In this document: piece after piece, positions 38,644 through 51,985 of the stretch | How the letters are laid out: each line of letters starts with the position of its first letter | Position numbering within the stretch: position 1 is the first letter of the stretch | NCBI GenBank assembly: GCA_951804945.1 | Contig: OX638154.1 | Coordinates: 51,646,001 to 51,710,000, forward strand | Source of the DNA: Podarcis cretensis | Lineage: Eukaryota | DNA: 64,000 nt | Direction of reading: 5' to 3' | The notes under the pieces: generated by a model | What the model saw: only the letters and a program-made list of their open reading frames with translations | What the model was told of the DNA's origin: nothing | The model's database searches: none | Made by a program: the position numbers and the translations under genes

Positions 38644-39963
38644 GTAAAGGAGGAAGGAAAGTGTGGGCAGCCAAGGTCTTGCAAGAGCGCCCAGGAAGTA
38701 TCTTTCCCAGAGAGTTACATGAAAGTGCAAGGACTTACACTGACTCTTTCACAGATGCTTGAAGTGAGAGAACCCATCATCAAAAAATACAGGCTGAAGT
38801 GGAAGAGCCATCTACACACATTTCACTCCCAGCCCAGTCTTGCCTTATTCTGCCAAGGAGTTTATTCTTTGTGCATCTTGGCCTTTCAGTGAAGGCTAAA
38901 CCATGTGTTCTCATTGTGCTGGGGAACTAACCTGAAGGTTACAATGGCCTGAGGAATTCCGTCTATCTATACAGCTATTAGCCATGGCTCTCAAAGCAGC
39001 TGATAAAATACAGCAAAAAACAAATCACAGCGGGCAGCCAAAAATTCAGCATGAAACAAAAATAGAACAGAACAGATTGTGAACATATTGTGAAAGGAAG
39101 TGTGTGGAATGAATGAGGAACCACCAGCCAGGTGCCACGTGCAGCCCTGAAGCCTCCAAATCTAACCCACAGCCTCCCCTCTTCAGTGTCACACACCCAG
39201 CAGCAATTGGGCTTGAAACAGCCTTTCATCTGAGCAGACAATAGTCTGTTTTGAAGCCTTAATGTGGGGGGGGGGCATGAGTGTGCAGAGTTAGAGAGGA
39301 AATAATTAACCCTCCCTTTCCCAGGTATTGAGGCCACACCACCCAAAGTTGCCCCCTCCCCACAGAAAGCAGCCTTCTATTGGCTCAAATAGAGGCTGTT
39401 TTCAAGAGCAATATTTGTTGAGATTGCAGCTGGGGAGGGAAGAATTAACTGTCCCCTCCCAATCTGCAATCACCATAAAGGTTGCCTCTTTCCCCTATGG
39501 GAATTAGGCTTTCCCCCCAAGCCTAATTACTTGTAGGGTGGGAGGAGGTGAGTATTAACGTCTGTGTGTGCCATGTAGGATGGTAGTATGTATTTGCTGT
39601 GTGTATGAACACTTGAGAGTATAGTCCTCTCCAGATGTTCAGAATGTGGCTGTATGTGCAGGGAGCAGCTACAGTCACAAAAGGCTGCTTACTTCATACA
39701 GTCCTCTTCCACAAGTTGGAAGGCATTAAATTTTACCAATTGAAGAGAGCTTTTGTCATCTATCCCTCTGTTTTGGCCCACCCACCATAGGGCTGTGGCC
39801 ATGAGGCAGTGCAGCCCTTGGGCTGAAACAAAGGGTTTCCCATCCCTGGTGTACAGTTATCCTGAGCCCTGATGTGTCTGAAGGCATGGGATTTCTAAAC
39901 CAGAGAAAAAGCCCACTGTCCAATGCACCACCACTAGCTGGCATATTTTGGCTTCTTCCATAG

Positions 39964-40118
39964 AATGGGTCCAGTGAAAAGCGGGAGCTGCGGCAGTTCC
40001 AGTTTATGGCTTGGCCTGACCATGGGGTGCCGGAGTACCCCACCCCAATCTTAGCCTTCCTGAGAAGAGTGAAAGCCTGCAACCCCCCTGATGCTGGGCC
40101 AGTGGTTGTACATTGCAG
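39964..40118 (+). CDS. PTPRF: PTPRF exon, PTP-D1 WPD loop and catalytic Cys (WPDHGVP...VVHC)
   Basis: ccatag/gtaagg boundaries, 155 nt; WPD at 40012-40020, Cys codon 40114-40116. Absent from the ORF track in sense. Confidence 0.97.
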
Positions 40119-41595
40119 GTAAGGACTATCAGTATAAAGGAATGGGAAGGGCTTGCCAGTCGCTGTATTTTGGCAGGGGTGCACCTGTTGGGATTTACAG
40201 TCAGCCTGGTGCCGCTGCTGCTGCTGCCGCTGCAAGAGCAGTGAAATCAGCATTATAGCCCTCTGCTAGCATAAGCAGCACTTTGAAGTCAGTGCCCATC
40301 ATCACAACACTTAATTCACTATTTTTACCTGAGAAGCAACAACAATATTTTAAAAATTAAAACAGTATGAGAAGCAACATTTCAGAGGGGAATTCTGCAT
40401 CTTTATTATATATTTATTTTATTGCATTTCTATCCTACCTTTTCCTCCAAGGAGCTCAAGGTGGGGTACATGGTTTTTCCTCTCTCCATTTTATCCTCAC
40501 AACAACCAATGGCAATAATACTGATGACAGAAACCCACAAATCCATCTCACATAAAATGCAAGCATACTTTAGCATCCATAAAACGTGCAATTATTACTC
40601 TGTTATTGACTTGCTTCTATTTCCCCCCTGTACCTGAAGGCTTAGGCTAGCTACAACATATTAAAATGAACCTTCAAGGTAGAATATCTAACTGAACCAC
40701 ACAGCAAGATGAAATATCCCAGCACCATGCATACACAATTCAGGAAACTGTTATGCCTAATCTAAACTTACAGCTCAAACATTCATATTCTGCTAACAAG
40801 TATGTGCATTCACAACACGAAAACATATGGGACACCATTCTGCACAAACATACATATGCCATCTATTTACAGAGCATGACACACCATCTGCATGTGCACT
40901 CATATAATCTCTTGCTGCACTTCAGGATGGAAAGAAATGACTGCTTCAGCCACAAACATTAGTTCACTAGGAATCAGCATCTTATCTGGCCAGTGATTTA
41001 TCTCTTGTAGCTGAGTGGGAACTATTACTGAACAAACCACTTCATCACTGCAGCTCTCACGAACTCCTTAGAAACGGTATTTAATGCTCTCCCTTCATGC
41101 TCTGGTTAAGATGGGAGTGGTGTATAATTAACACACGCTCTCTCCCTATTAAAACCCTGTTAGGAATTTGACATGAGCAGCGGCAAGGAGATGTCCTGCT
41201 GTAAAATTCTTAGCTGTCAGACATCACATTTGTTGTTTGTTGGCGTGTTTTTGGTTGTGCTGGTTTGTGCACTGGGAGCACGACCAAGTTATACACTTCA
41301 AAAAGCTCATCTCTGCCTCCACCAAGGAAGATTTGGGTTTACTGGTTTTGTAAGAAGGAACATTACTCAGAAAGTGTGCACAGGGTGGGGGCAGAGAGAC
41401 CATAGTGCAGAATCCTCATTCCATTTGCTCTATTCAGGTGCATTAACCTGCCTCTCTGAGGGTTCTTCGGAGAAAGTGTGAACTTGAGGATTATCAGTCC
41501 CTGCAGTATGCAGTGGGTTGGGGCAGGGCTTGGTGAAGGCTTAGAAATGACTCTGAAGGAAGTACTATTTCATGTTTTGTGCCATGCTTTTACAG

Positions 41596-41881
41596 CGCCG
41601 GTGTGGGCAGGACAGGCTGCTTCATTGTAATCGATGCCATGCTTGAGAGGATGAAGCATGAGAAGACAGTGGACATCTATGGGCATGTGACATGCATGCG
41701 CTCACAAAGAAACTATATGGTGCAGACTGAGGATCAGTATATCTTCATCCACGAGGCCTTGCTTGAAGCAGCCACCTGTGGAAACACTGAGGTGCCTGCA
41801 CGCAACCTCTTTGCTCACATCCAGAAGCTGAGTCAGGTACCTCCGGGTGAGAGTGTCACAGCAATGGAACTGGAGTTTAAG
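41596..41881 (+). CDS. PTPRF: PTPRF exon, PTP-D1 P-loop, Q-loop and linker (SAGVGRTG...MELEFK)
   Basis: ttacag/gtgagc boundaries, 286 nt. Confidence 0.97.
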
Positions 41882-43895
41882 GTGAGCAGAAGAGCATTTG
41901 CAATTTTTCCACATGTCAACACACAGAGTGATCAAGGGGCTGCTCAGCTGGAACTGGCACCCCTGCCTGTCATCCCTCACAGATCTGTGAGCAACTATGA
42001 AGAGTTGATTCTTGGGCTGAAGGGAGATTTTCTAGGGATAATGATTCTTTTGTAAATTTCTAAACCAGGTAGGAAGTGATTGAAATATATTTGCATTGCA
42101 GAGTGAGTGTCCTCGACATTTCCCTCCTAGAATGGCAGCTTCTGGCAAGGATATAAAAAAGCAGATTGATATGAAGTTCTCAGCAACATTGCTTTGCAGA
42201 GTGGCTGGAGCTGCATCCAAAATCAGATGCAGATTGGGCATTAGTGGTAATTGATGTCACTATGAACAACTTCGCTGGAAATGCTTCTAGTTTAAATACT
42301 TGAGATGTCAACAGCTCCAGTGCCCCCTGCCTTGCTCCACTTGTACTTCTCCCTAGTATGAAGGAGGAGAGAGGGAGGGCCACTGTCAGGCTTAGCTGGC
42401 ATATTGCCTGGTGCAATTTAAGGAAGTAAAGTCCCCTGGTTGTCACAATTGTCTTTGCTTGCCAGCACCAACACCCACACTTGTGTCGGCTTCACACCAA
42501 TTTTTTCTTACAGCCTTGATACAGGCTGCAATTTTTGCTAATGCCCACATTCTCCAATGATGTGCATTTGTACAGCAAAGGCTGGGCGGGGATAGTTCCT
42601 GTGGGGAAGCAGTGAAGCATGTAGAGTGTGAAACAGACTGCGGAAGCCCCGCTCTACCCTGGGAATAGCCTCTTGCAAAACAGCAGCCATGGAGTCAAAA
42701 TATTGACTTGCTGTGGAAACAGCACAAAGCAAAACAGCATTGCCTCTTTGCTCTGAACACTGCTCACACTGGAGGTTTTTTTGGGGTGGGGATTGGACAA
42801 GGCTCTCACCTCCACCTGCACCTATTCCCAATCCCCAATACTTCCCCAAAGGAGAAGTGAACAAGTGGGGGGTGCCATGCTGCTGCTCCTGGATTCTGAC
42901 ATCACTGCTCAATGAACATGAGAGAGGTAATGGCAGCAAGCAAGAGCAGCTGCTGTCACTACTTGCTAGATGGCTTGCTTTGCCCACCACTGGCTTGCTG
43001 TCCTCTGCGGGTGAGTGAGCAGAGTGGTAACAGCCTCACAATGAGAAGAGGAGGAGTTACTGCCACTTGCTTACTCACTCCAGAAGAGCCAAGGGGCAAG
43101 CAGGTGGCAGTGGATGCTGCTCTTCCTTGTGGCCGCCACCACTCCCAAGAGAGATGATAGAGGAGACTGGTTGAATTGATACTGGTGAGGAGAGCGAACA
43201 GCTGTCACTCAGTGGTAGTGGGAACTAGGCCTAGCCTGCTCCTAGTGCCAACCAGAGGGAAAGGCAGACATGGAAGCAGGTGGCAGCGTCTGCTTCTTAC
43301 TGCTGATGCTTATTGCCTGGAAAGTGGAGGCAAGTAGGCAGTGATAATGAGGAGGAACAACAGGCCTCTGGCAGTCAGTAGTAGACCTCAACAGATGTCA
43401 GCAGCTCAGATTGCAGCCCTGTTTCTGAAAGCAACTTGGTTGTATGTGCCATGCCATACATCAGAGCAGGAGCCACGGAGTGAAAGAAGTGAATGGGTAG
43501 AGCTGCAGTAAGAATTAAGGGGGAAAGGAGTAGAAAGTGAGTTACATGGAGCAAAACAGATTCCTAAGTCCTCATACAATTAGAAAGAAACTGGGCAGCA
43601 CATCCATAAAGGGTCCCCTAACTCTTTCTGGTAGAGAATGTAAAAAATGGTCCTTTTCCTGCCAAGCAAGGAAGCTGTCCTGCGAGGAGATGAAGCTACT
43701 AGGCTAAACAAGGGCTTATCTCCTGGAGCTGTAGAATTAGCACTGAGCAGCTGGGAATGGGTGGCATTTATAGAGGACCTGTTGGCCGCAGCTCTTCCTA
43801 GAGTTGCTTAGAAGTATATATGGGGCTTGCTTTATCCTTCTGAGTAGGTCTAATGAATGGGAGACACTGCTGGGCTCAACCTGAGTTTCAACTCA

Positions 43896-43907
43896 CTCTC
43901 TCTCACA

Positions 43908-43958
<51 letters not shown>
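43896..43958. repeat. Compound (CT)n(CA)n microsatellite
   Basis: Read directly from sequence. Confidence 0.95.
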
Positions 43959-43959
<1 letters not shown>

Positions 43960-44396
43960 AGCAAGGTCCTGGAGGAGGGGGTGTCCCAATATTAAAGTCC
44001 CCTTGAGCTGGATGTTTTCTAAGAAGCAGCCTCTGAAGATAGGGAGCTGTGGAGTTTAACCCACTTGAGTCCCAGAGTCCCACTCCCTTTCTTCTTCAGA
44101 GGTTTGGGTCCTGATGAGTGCTAACAAACGTCTTAAAATACCAATCTCACAAATTTTGGTATTCTGTGCAATGTCCTGTGCTGAGGCTCCCTCTAAGCAT
44201 AGGATATTTCAGTCATGGGCCAGAAGTCACCAGCATGAGACAGAAGGCAAGGGTTGCTCAGAAAAGCAAGGTACATGCTTCTAAGCAGGTCAGGAATGAT
44301 GTTAGAATGAGTGTTAGTAAGGTGCTAATGAGTAAAAGCAAATAACAAGAGCTCCCAGGGGAAGAATACTATAGAGTGACTGAAAGTGCCCATCTA

Positions 44397-44413
44397 AGAC
44401 AGACAGACAGACA

Positions 44414-44447
<34 letters not shown>
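44397..44447. repeat. Compound (AGAC)n(AC)n microsatellite
   Basis: Read directly from sequence. Confidence 0.95.
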
Positions 44448-44448
<1 letters not shown>

Positions 44449-44841
44449 GCCTATGTTTTTAGGTGTACAAGTAAGATGTTTTAAAATGTGCATCTAAAAT
44501 CTATAGTGTGAACTTGAAGAACAGGGTACGCTCATCATGGAGTTGTGACTAGCTATAGATCCTTGCTGAGCTTGTCTCTGCATCATGGGCAAAATGACCC
44601 TGCTTTGGCTGAAAAGACATCCTCCCAGGGTCTTGCCTCCTCAGGACCTTTGCCAGGGTAGGCAGGAATTTTCTTCCTTTTCAAGGCTGCTGGAATGCCC
44701 CCTATATTTCATCTGGGCAGAGGGGCTGCTTTAGCCCAGCTTCCTGCATCTTTTGTTACCTCGGTCATTATTCTATGTGGCAGAGTGAATAAATGTGTGT
44801 ACATCATATGGGAGCTCTAATCTGTACTTCTCCCCTAACAG

Positions 44842-45020
44842 CTCCTCGCCAACTCTAAAGCACATACCTCACGATTCATCAGTGCCAACCTCCCCTGCAA
44901 CAAATTCAAAAACCGCCTGGTGAATATTATGCCCTATGAGCTGACACGGGTTTGCCTGCAGCCAATCCGAGGCGTCGAGGGCTCAGATTACATCAATGCC
45001 AGCTTTGTAGATGGCTATAG
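44842..45020 (+). CDS. PTPRF: PTPRF exon, PTP-D2 start ([12 protein letters not shown]...KNRL...[11 protein letters not shown])
   Basis: taacag/gtaatg boundaries, 179 nt; missed by the ORF track. Confidence 0.97.
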
Positions 45021-47112
45021 GTAATGTAGTCATTCTAAACGGAGTTTAAAATCTCCTCCTGTGGTGTTGCTGTGCTGCTGCTTCTCTGTGTTCTTTTTTC
45101 TTTACTTTTCTTTCAAAAAAAAAATTGATGCTATTATATGGTATCAGTAGAAATCCTAACATTAACCACATCCTAAATATTTCAACATTTCATTAATATA
45201 TTAAAATAATTTTAAACTGAAGCTTACATCCTTAAATAGGCATCTTAGAATTATCATCTGAAATCTAATAAATTAATAAAATAGTTATGTTCAATATTTA
45301 GTTATAAATATATTTATAGTATATAAATTACTTTTAAATTTGAATACAAGCTGGACAGCTCTGTCTTTCAATAAGAGCTCAGACAGTAGCCTTTCATTAG
45401 CAAACATGGGGCTTTTTTCAAGCTGCCTATTCCCCAGAGCCTGGGATCCTGATAGAAGTTACCTTTTCCCTCTCAGGCTTTATTAGACTGGGGTGACAGG
45501 TACTGGCTCCTGCATCCTCAGCTTTTCATTAGCCAAGGTACTGCTGGTAACCAACTGTACAGTTCACCTCCCACAATGGGATTGTCTTGCAAAGTTGTTC
45601 ACAGTGCTGCAATAACAGCAACTGAAATTCATCCTGTCACTTGAAAGCAAAGAAACCGTCTTATACAGGGGAAGAGCAAATCTGCCTCCAAAATGGACTT
45701 GGGGATCATTGAGGAGGGCTGCACCCTCTGCGTGGGGGCAAAGGAAGCATTGTCCTACAACTTACTCCCTGCCCCTATCTCCGAGACACCCCATGAGGCT
45801 ACAAAAACAGCTGTGAATTGGTAGTGCAAAAGATATCTTAGGAGAGCATTTGAGTGGCAGAGGTCCAGCAACATGGGGAGGCTTTTCAGTGCAAAACAGG
45901 AGCCTGATGCCAGGCCTCTAGGCTGCTGTGCTGGAAACAGAAGAGCAGATGAGGTCCTGGCCACTTATCTGCTTCAGATTTCAAGTGCCCAGAGTGTGTT
46001 AGAGCGGCCACCTCCATGTGTCTGGTGCTGCAAGAGAGCTGCTAAGGTTGGGAGGGGGTGCTGGCAAAAATGTGTGCCAAAGCAGCAGGTGGTAGCATTT
46101 CATGTCCTACCTAAACCGTCCCTGCAGGCCCCTGTTTATCTCTTCCCGTCCTTCCCTTTGAAGTGAGCAATCGTTCTCCACTTTATCTAAAGAGATCAAT
46201 TGGCCCAAGGAGCTACAGACGGCTCTGAAGCTGCATCTTTATTAGCGCCTTTGTTTCTGCCATCTCACCCCCCCCCCCGCCCCACTCCTGCCTTTTATGA
46301 CGTCTTATAAATCCACCTTGGAACAGCTTCCATCTCTGTCCCACACATTACAGCTGTCCTACAACAGATTCATTAATTTTTAGCACCAGTGGAGAGATTA
46401 AATGAGAGTGGATAAGGCTGAGAGCCTAAGACTATATTCAAGGATCTGCAGTGCCCCATAGTGGTAGAATACTGATGGCACAGATTCTCTTTTCAATTTT
46501 CTGACTTATTTTCCTACATATCACTGTGGAAACAGGATTCACTGTCTTCACTGGTAGCATATGTCAGGGTCTGTGTATGTATTTGCTCACTACTGTAGCT
46601 AGAGTTTTGCAGTGGCAGAAATTCCACCCTTTGGGGTCATGTACAACACACATCCTATACCAGGGTTTCCTGCACACTTCAAAGGAACTCACACAATTTT
46701 ACAAAAAGCTTGTAATTGTTGTAGCACTACTCTGGTATTATATTTCACCCCACATGTGTATTTTAGAAGATCCAACTGGTGTAATAACATTAGTTACTCC
46801 AACTTATATAATATGCCTCTTCTCACATTGAGTAACTTTGGCTAATTTCTTAGTGCCTTTGTGTTAATACTCTACTTTCATCAAGGGACCTCTGATAGCC
46901 TTATTGATCTCATAGTGGAACAGGTGGTTGTGGGCAAGGACTGCAGAAGAAAGCAGCTAGATGCTATCAGAGATCCAGATTTGTGGCACAAGTCCTCCTC
47001 TCCTCCCCCAGCAAGCCCTTTATCTAGTTCTCTAGACCTAACTGCTAAGTATCTCCTTTCCATCCCAGAAGTGTCAGTCATCTACCACTCTGAAATGCTT
47101 GATACCTTGCAG

Positions 47113-47239
47113 GCAGCAAAAGGCCTACATTGCCACACAGGGACCCCTTGCTGAAACTACAGAGGATTTCTGGCGGATGCTGTGGGAGCACAACTCTACC
47201 ATTGTGGTGATGCTGACCAAATTGCGAGAGATGGGGCGG
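47113..47239 (+). CDS. PTPRF: PTPRF exon, PTP-D2 ([11 protein letters not shown]...REMGR)
   Basis: ttgcag/gtaagc boundaries, 127 nt. Confidence 0.97.
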
Positions 47240-48046
47240 GTAAGCTAGCACCCTCAGCTACCAAGTGATGTCTATTCTGGGGCTGTTTCTCCAGTGAGAT
47301 TCCAGGTGTACGGCCCAGTCTTGAGAGCAAATATTGTGCTTTCATTCTCCTAATGCTAGAGGGGACTGCAGTCACTGCTAAAGGTGAAGCTCATTGCACT
47401 GAAGTCTTCAGACTGTAACTGTTTTGTGGGATGGACTCAGTTGCATACGAGTAAATTTAGGTTTGTGCTATTGAAGTGAATTAAAACACTTGCACAACAA
47501 AAAAAATGACTTTTTTGTGGTGATGGGAAAATGCACCAGAAATATAACAACTGATTGACATGAAGTCATATAACCTCTCCACAAACAAATCAGGTGATTG
47601 CTGAGCATTGTATAACCTCCTTGTCAACTTTATTTAAATAAATCAGAATGTATGCTCAACAAGCACGCAATCTGCAGGAGTCGTTCATCTCCTGCTGCAA
47701 CCATCAATGTACTTGATCCCCCTGGTCCGCAAAAAAAGGGGCATTTGGGCTAGAACTGAGGTTTTCTACATAGTAACTTGGCATGGAAGAGGCAGGCTGA
47801 TTGCTAATCAGGAAGTCATGGGAAATGGAGGCGTGCAGGAGCAAGGGGAGTCTAATCAATCACATCATGGCAGGAGGGAAGAAATAGATCAGTGTCTTGC
47901 TGCACATATTAGAGCATGGAGTTGTGTGGGTATTGTACTACCCAACAGGACAAGATGTCAAAAGGCACCTCACTCTAAAATATTCACGCTTTAGTCACAT
48001 CACACATTTTGACTGTAACAATTCTGACTCTTCCTTTGCTTTTCAG

Positions 48047-48172
48047 GAGAAATGCCACCAGTACTGGCCAGCAGAGCGTTCTGCTCGGTACCAGTACTTT
48101 GTGGTGGATCCCATGGCTGAATACAACATGCCCCAGTACATTCTGCGTGAGTTCAAGGTCACTGATGCCAGG
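48047..48172 (+). CDS. PTPRF: PTPRF exon, PTP-D2 (EKCHQYWP...VTDAR)
   Basis: tttcag/gtgagt boundaries, 126 nt. Confidence 0.97.
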
Positions 48173-48558
48173 GTGAGTACTGCACAGCCTACCCTGAATT
48201 CCCCAATATTTATTTCCCATTACTGCTCAGACATTGCAAGTAGCACAGGACAGAAGGGCTTTATCTTCAATGTGCATCTGATTGTCCATTGCTTTATCAC
48301 CCTCTGCATTGGTGTTACTGTGTGTCAAGTGGCTGAGACAGCTGGAAAGCAGAAGCATGGATTTCAGTTGTGTTTATATCTACTACACCCTGCTATATAA
48401 AACAAAATACTCACTAAGGGGCAAAAGAAATCTGCTTAGGTTGGCTGGGCCTCCCCTCCTCAAGGCTTTTCTGGCACCAGTAGGAAAGGCCTGACCATGA
48501 AGGCTGCCCTGTGTTTTGAGAGGATGCAGTGACTATATCTCCCTTTCACCACAACTAG

Positions 48559-48713
48559 GATGGACAGTCAAGAACCATCCGACAGTTCCAGTTCACGGAC
48601 TGGCCTGAGCAGGGAGTACCAAAAACTGGAGAGGGCTTCATTGACTTCATTGGGCAAGTTCATAAAACCAAGGAGCAGTTTGGCCAAGATGGGCCCATCA
48701 CTGTACACTGCAG
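48559..48713 (+). CDS. PTPRF: PTPRF exon, PTP-D2 WPE loop ([21 protein letters not shown]...ITVHC)
   Basis: aactag/gtaagt boundaries, 155 nt. Confidence 0.97.
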
Positions 48714-49019
48714 GTAAGTTCTGCTGTTTGCTTGTCCGTGGAAGCTGGCTAGGTGCTGTGTGCCAGTGGTGAGGAGGCTGGGGTCATCAGGGAAAGCTAG
48801 ATTACTACTGCAGAGATGGCCTCACCTTTCTAGGTATAGAAGCCATTTCCTTGGTAAAAGGCAGGGGAAATCTCTGCTTTGTAGTTTTGAGCACACAAAA
48901 ACATTGTGGCACTTGTAGAGAGATATTTTAGCTTTTGGGAGAGCTTCTTTTGATCTTTGTGATCTTTTGATGCTTCAGTTCCCTTTCACTGTGTCTCTTT
49001 CTCTCTTCCTTATGTGCAG

Positions 49020-49155
49020 TGCGGGGGTCGGACGCACAGGGGTGTTCATCACATTAAGCATTGTACTGGAGCGCATGCGCTATGAGGGCGTAGTTGACAT
49101 GTTCCAGACTGTGAAGACCTTGAGGACACAACGACCAGCCATGGTGCAAACAGAG
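49020..49155 (+). CDS. PTPRF: PTPRF exon, PTP-D2 (SAGVGRTG...MVQTE)
   Basis: gtgcag/gtaaac boundaries, 136 nt. Confidence 0.97.
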
Positions 49156-49366
49156 GTAAACCACCAGCCACATGCTTGCTGCTGCACAGAGGACTGGTGG
49201 CAAGCATTTAGGATCAAAACTTTGCTTTCACTTGCTTTCAGTATGGAAAAGGGATGTAACTTTCTCTGTAAGTAGGCATATTCCATATAAATCACATCAA
49301 GCAGCCACCAATCTTGCCCCCATTCCCATGTTGATGTGTTCTATGAGATATATAGGGCATATACAA

Positions 49367-49701
49367 TCTTCTCCTTTGGCGATCACTCATAGCCGAGTAA
49401 GATTGTCGTAAGTGACTGTGGAGGCCAATTCTGGATCCACACGTCCTTCCACAGTGGGGACATTGGTTTCTGGGTGGGAGTTGATCACGGTGTGGATTTG
49501 CCAAGCGTGCCTTCCTCTTAGCATATTTCTCCCTTGCATCCTGAGTTCGCGTGTCTTCAAAGCCCATGACACCCTAAAGGCTGTTCTCCAATTGGAGTGC
49601 TTGCAGGCAAGTGTTTCCCAATTGTTGGTGTTTATACTACATTTTTTTAGATTTGCCTTGAGACAGTCTTTAAACCTCTTTTGTTGACCACCAGCATTAC
49701 G
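49367..49701 (-). mobile_element. RTE-clade LINE 3' fragment in the last PTPRF intron
   Basis: Minus-strand GGQQKRFKDCLKANLKKCSINTNNWETLA...W, then (frameshifted) ...CPHCGRTCGSRIGLHSHLR, a C2H2-type C-terminus typical of RTE ORFs; no TSD found. Confidence 0.8.
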
Positions 49702-50432
49702 CTAAGCTATGACTGGCACAACTAGTATCTACAGCATCTTCTGAAGCCTGTAAAAGGCTTTTAAAAGGTGAGACAGCTGGATCTGTCAAGACTGATGAAG
49801 CCACATCAGAGCGCCTTCCAGCCAAGATTTCTCACCATAAGTTAAACCCCACTCTGGGTTAGTCCCAAAAGGTAGTCATGGTTATACTGTGCAAAAGAAC
49901 AGTGCCAGCAAGCATTTGCAAAGGATTACACATGGCCAGTGGCTATCTTCTGGTTAGAACCCATACTGTTTTCTGGTCTAACTTGATGGCAGCTTGGATT
50001 GGCCTCTCTTTCACCTGATCAATGCGACCTTTGATTCTGTGCTGTTCTTCGTGTAGTGCAAGGATATCAGAACCAGTGGTTGGATGGGTCATGAGACGGA
50101 GAGCAGAAATCCATAATTCATCCTCCTTTTTATATAGGACATATTTTACTGGTGCACCATGAGAGTAAATTACATTGGTAAAAATTCAGTACTTGGGTTT
50201 CCCATACAGTCAGCTTGCTGCTCTCCCACCTGCAGTTTAACTGGAACTTCACTCCCAATCTATGCTTACTGTACTAATCTGAGCAAAATGGCCCCTCTTT
50301 ACATTAGATGCAGGGCTTGGTGCTAGCCAGCTGCCTCTTTTAGAGTGAGTTTTATTTGCACCATGATGTGATAGAAGTGGTGGTCTCATTTAGAGGCTTT
50401 TTGCTTATCCCATTCTCTTCCTTCTTCTCCAG

Positions 50433-50501
50433 GACCAGTATCAGCTGTGCTACAGGGCTGCACTGGAGTACCTTGGCAGCTTCGATCACTATGCAACGTA
50501 A
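50433..50501 (+). CDS. PTPRF: PTPRF last coding exon ([22 protein letters not shown])
   Basis: ctccag acceptor; TAA stop at 50499-50501. Confidence 0.97.
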   Translation, partial: DQYQLCYRAALEYLGSFDHYAT

Positions 50502-51985
50502 CTAGCGCTTTCAGCCAGTTGCAGCGGGAATGTCCAAGAGCAGAGACGGGTTCTTCCCAGCCAGCCGCCCATTTGTTAGTCCTTCTGTGCAGATGCTGCT
50601 GCTGTTGTTGCAGCATCAAGCCTCCCCATGACCAACCAGTTCTGACCACAGTATTTGGGTTCATTGCCACAGCGCCAAAGGTGGGACCAGCTTCTAGCGT
50701 TTCCAATTTCCAGATGAATTTCTGTTAATGCCCCCACTCCTCCTCCTCCCCTTGACAGCATTTCATGGTGAGAGTCACTGGGTGGATGGAATGGGATCTT
50801 TTATATATGTAAAATAGTTAAACTTAGTCTTTTATATCTTTTCTTTTTTAAATTCTTTTGCAAGTCTTAATGTTTTGCTCAAGCAAAACAGAAGAATGGA
50901 GGTGGTGGGGTTTGAATTTCGTTTTGCTTCCCCCGCCCTTAACTCTTTTGTTGTCTCAATCAAGGTGGTGCTGCCCATTTTCGGGCAGCCCCAGGTTAAT
51001 ATTAGTGGCTGGCTCACAGCTCTGGGACCCTTCCACTCCCTCTTCAGTCCTTTGTAGAATATTCAATTTCACAGAGCTGGAGCCAACTTAATGCTTATTT
51101 CTAAAGCCTTTTATTCATAAGCCTATCTGTCAGGTGGGACTCCAGCAGCTATTAGATGCTTGGTCCTATTGACATGTGTCCAGTGACCTCATATTTGTCA
51201 GCAGATCCCTTATGAACTTTCCATTTGAGGGAGAGACCCACTGCTTGGGATTCTCTTGTTAAGATGGGGGGGAAATGTGGCATCCTTGCCGCACAAAAAT
51301 CAAGTTCCCAAAAGGGACCTGACCGACACATTTGTTTAGTTCTTTCTGTGCCAGTAGCATCCTGAGGTGCTGTTGCCTAGGCAACTGTGGCCAACCAAGT
51401 GCATTGGAGCACCTTCCAAGGTGAAAGAGCACAACTCTGGGAAGTCAAGCCTTCCTGCACAAACAACCCCGGCATGGGGGTGCCTTGGCTATTAGGGAGG
51501 GAGGGGTGGGATTCTTCAGGTAAGGAATTCAGTTCTCAGAGGCTGAGTGTAACTATAATTTCTGCTATCCTGTACCACATTTAAAAGTCATTAGAATGCT
51601 GTATTTTTCACTATGACAGGATGGTCTAATTAACCAATGTGGCAAGGCTACTGGACTTAATTTAACGGTACTATGTATTAATACTCCTTATTCTCTCTCA
51701 CTTGCACTAAAGGCAGGGAGATTACAGCCTTCTCCCAGGTGCATAGTTCTATAAATAAAGGTGGTGGAAAGGTCTCTAACTATATTATCCAATGTATTCA
51801 AATTACATTGAAATCAACAATCCTGGGTTGGTGATGTTGGAGAGAACATTCATTTTTACCTTGTGAAAGCATAGTGCTGTAGGGGTCACTGTTGTATACA
51901 GTCTGTTTTCTATTTGTTAATAAAAATCTACAGCATCATTGCATAATTCTTGATGTTAATAAATTTGAATAATCAGGTTTCCTAC
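50502..51985 (+). other. PTPRF: PTPRF 3' UTR (3' end approximate)
   Basis: Runs from the stop codon to the AATAAA signals and a downstream GU/U-rich tract (~51985-52015); no TE recognised within it. Confidence 0.75.
51919..51963 (+). terminator. Tandem polyadenylation signals AATAAA (51919-51924, 51958-51963)
   Basis: Two canonical hexamers; the distal one is followed ~20 nt later by a GU-rich element (tgttcgttttgctgtcttgtttt). Confidence 0.75.

Noticed and set aside
39756-40253. 165-aa minus-strand ORF
   Set aside because: Overlaps the WPD exon in antisense plus a short triplet repeat; no protein similarity recognised.
42538-43400. Cluster of 80-150 aa ORFs
   Set aside because: No recognisable domain or splice-phase fit; probably decayed repeats.
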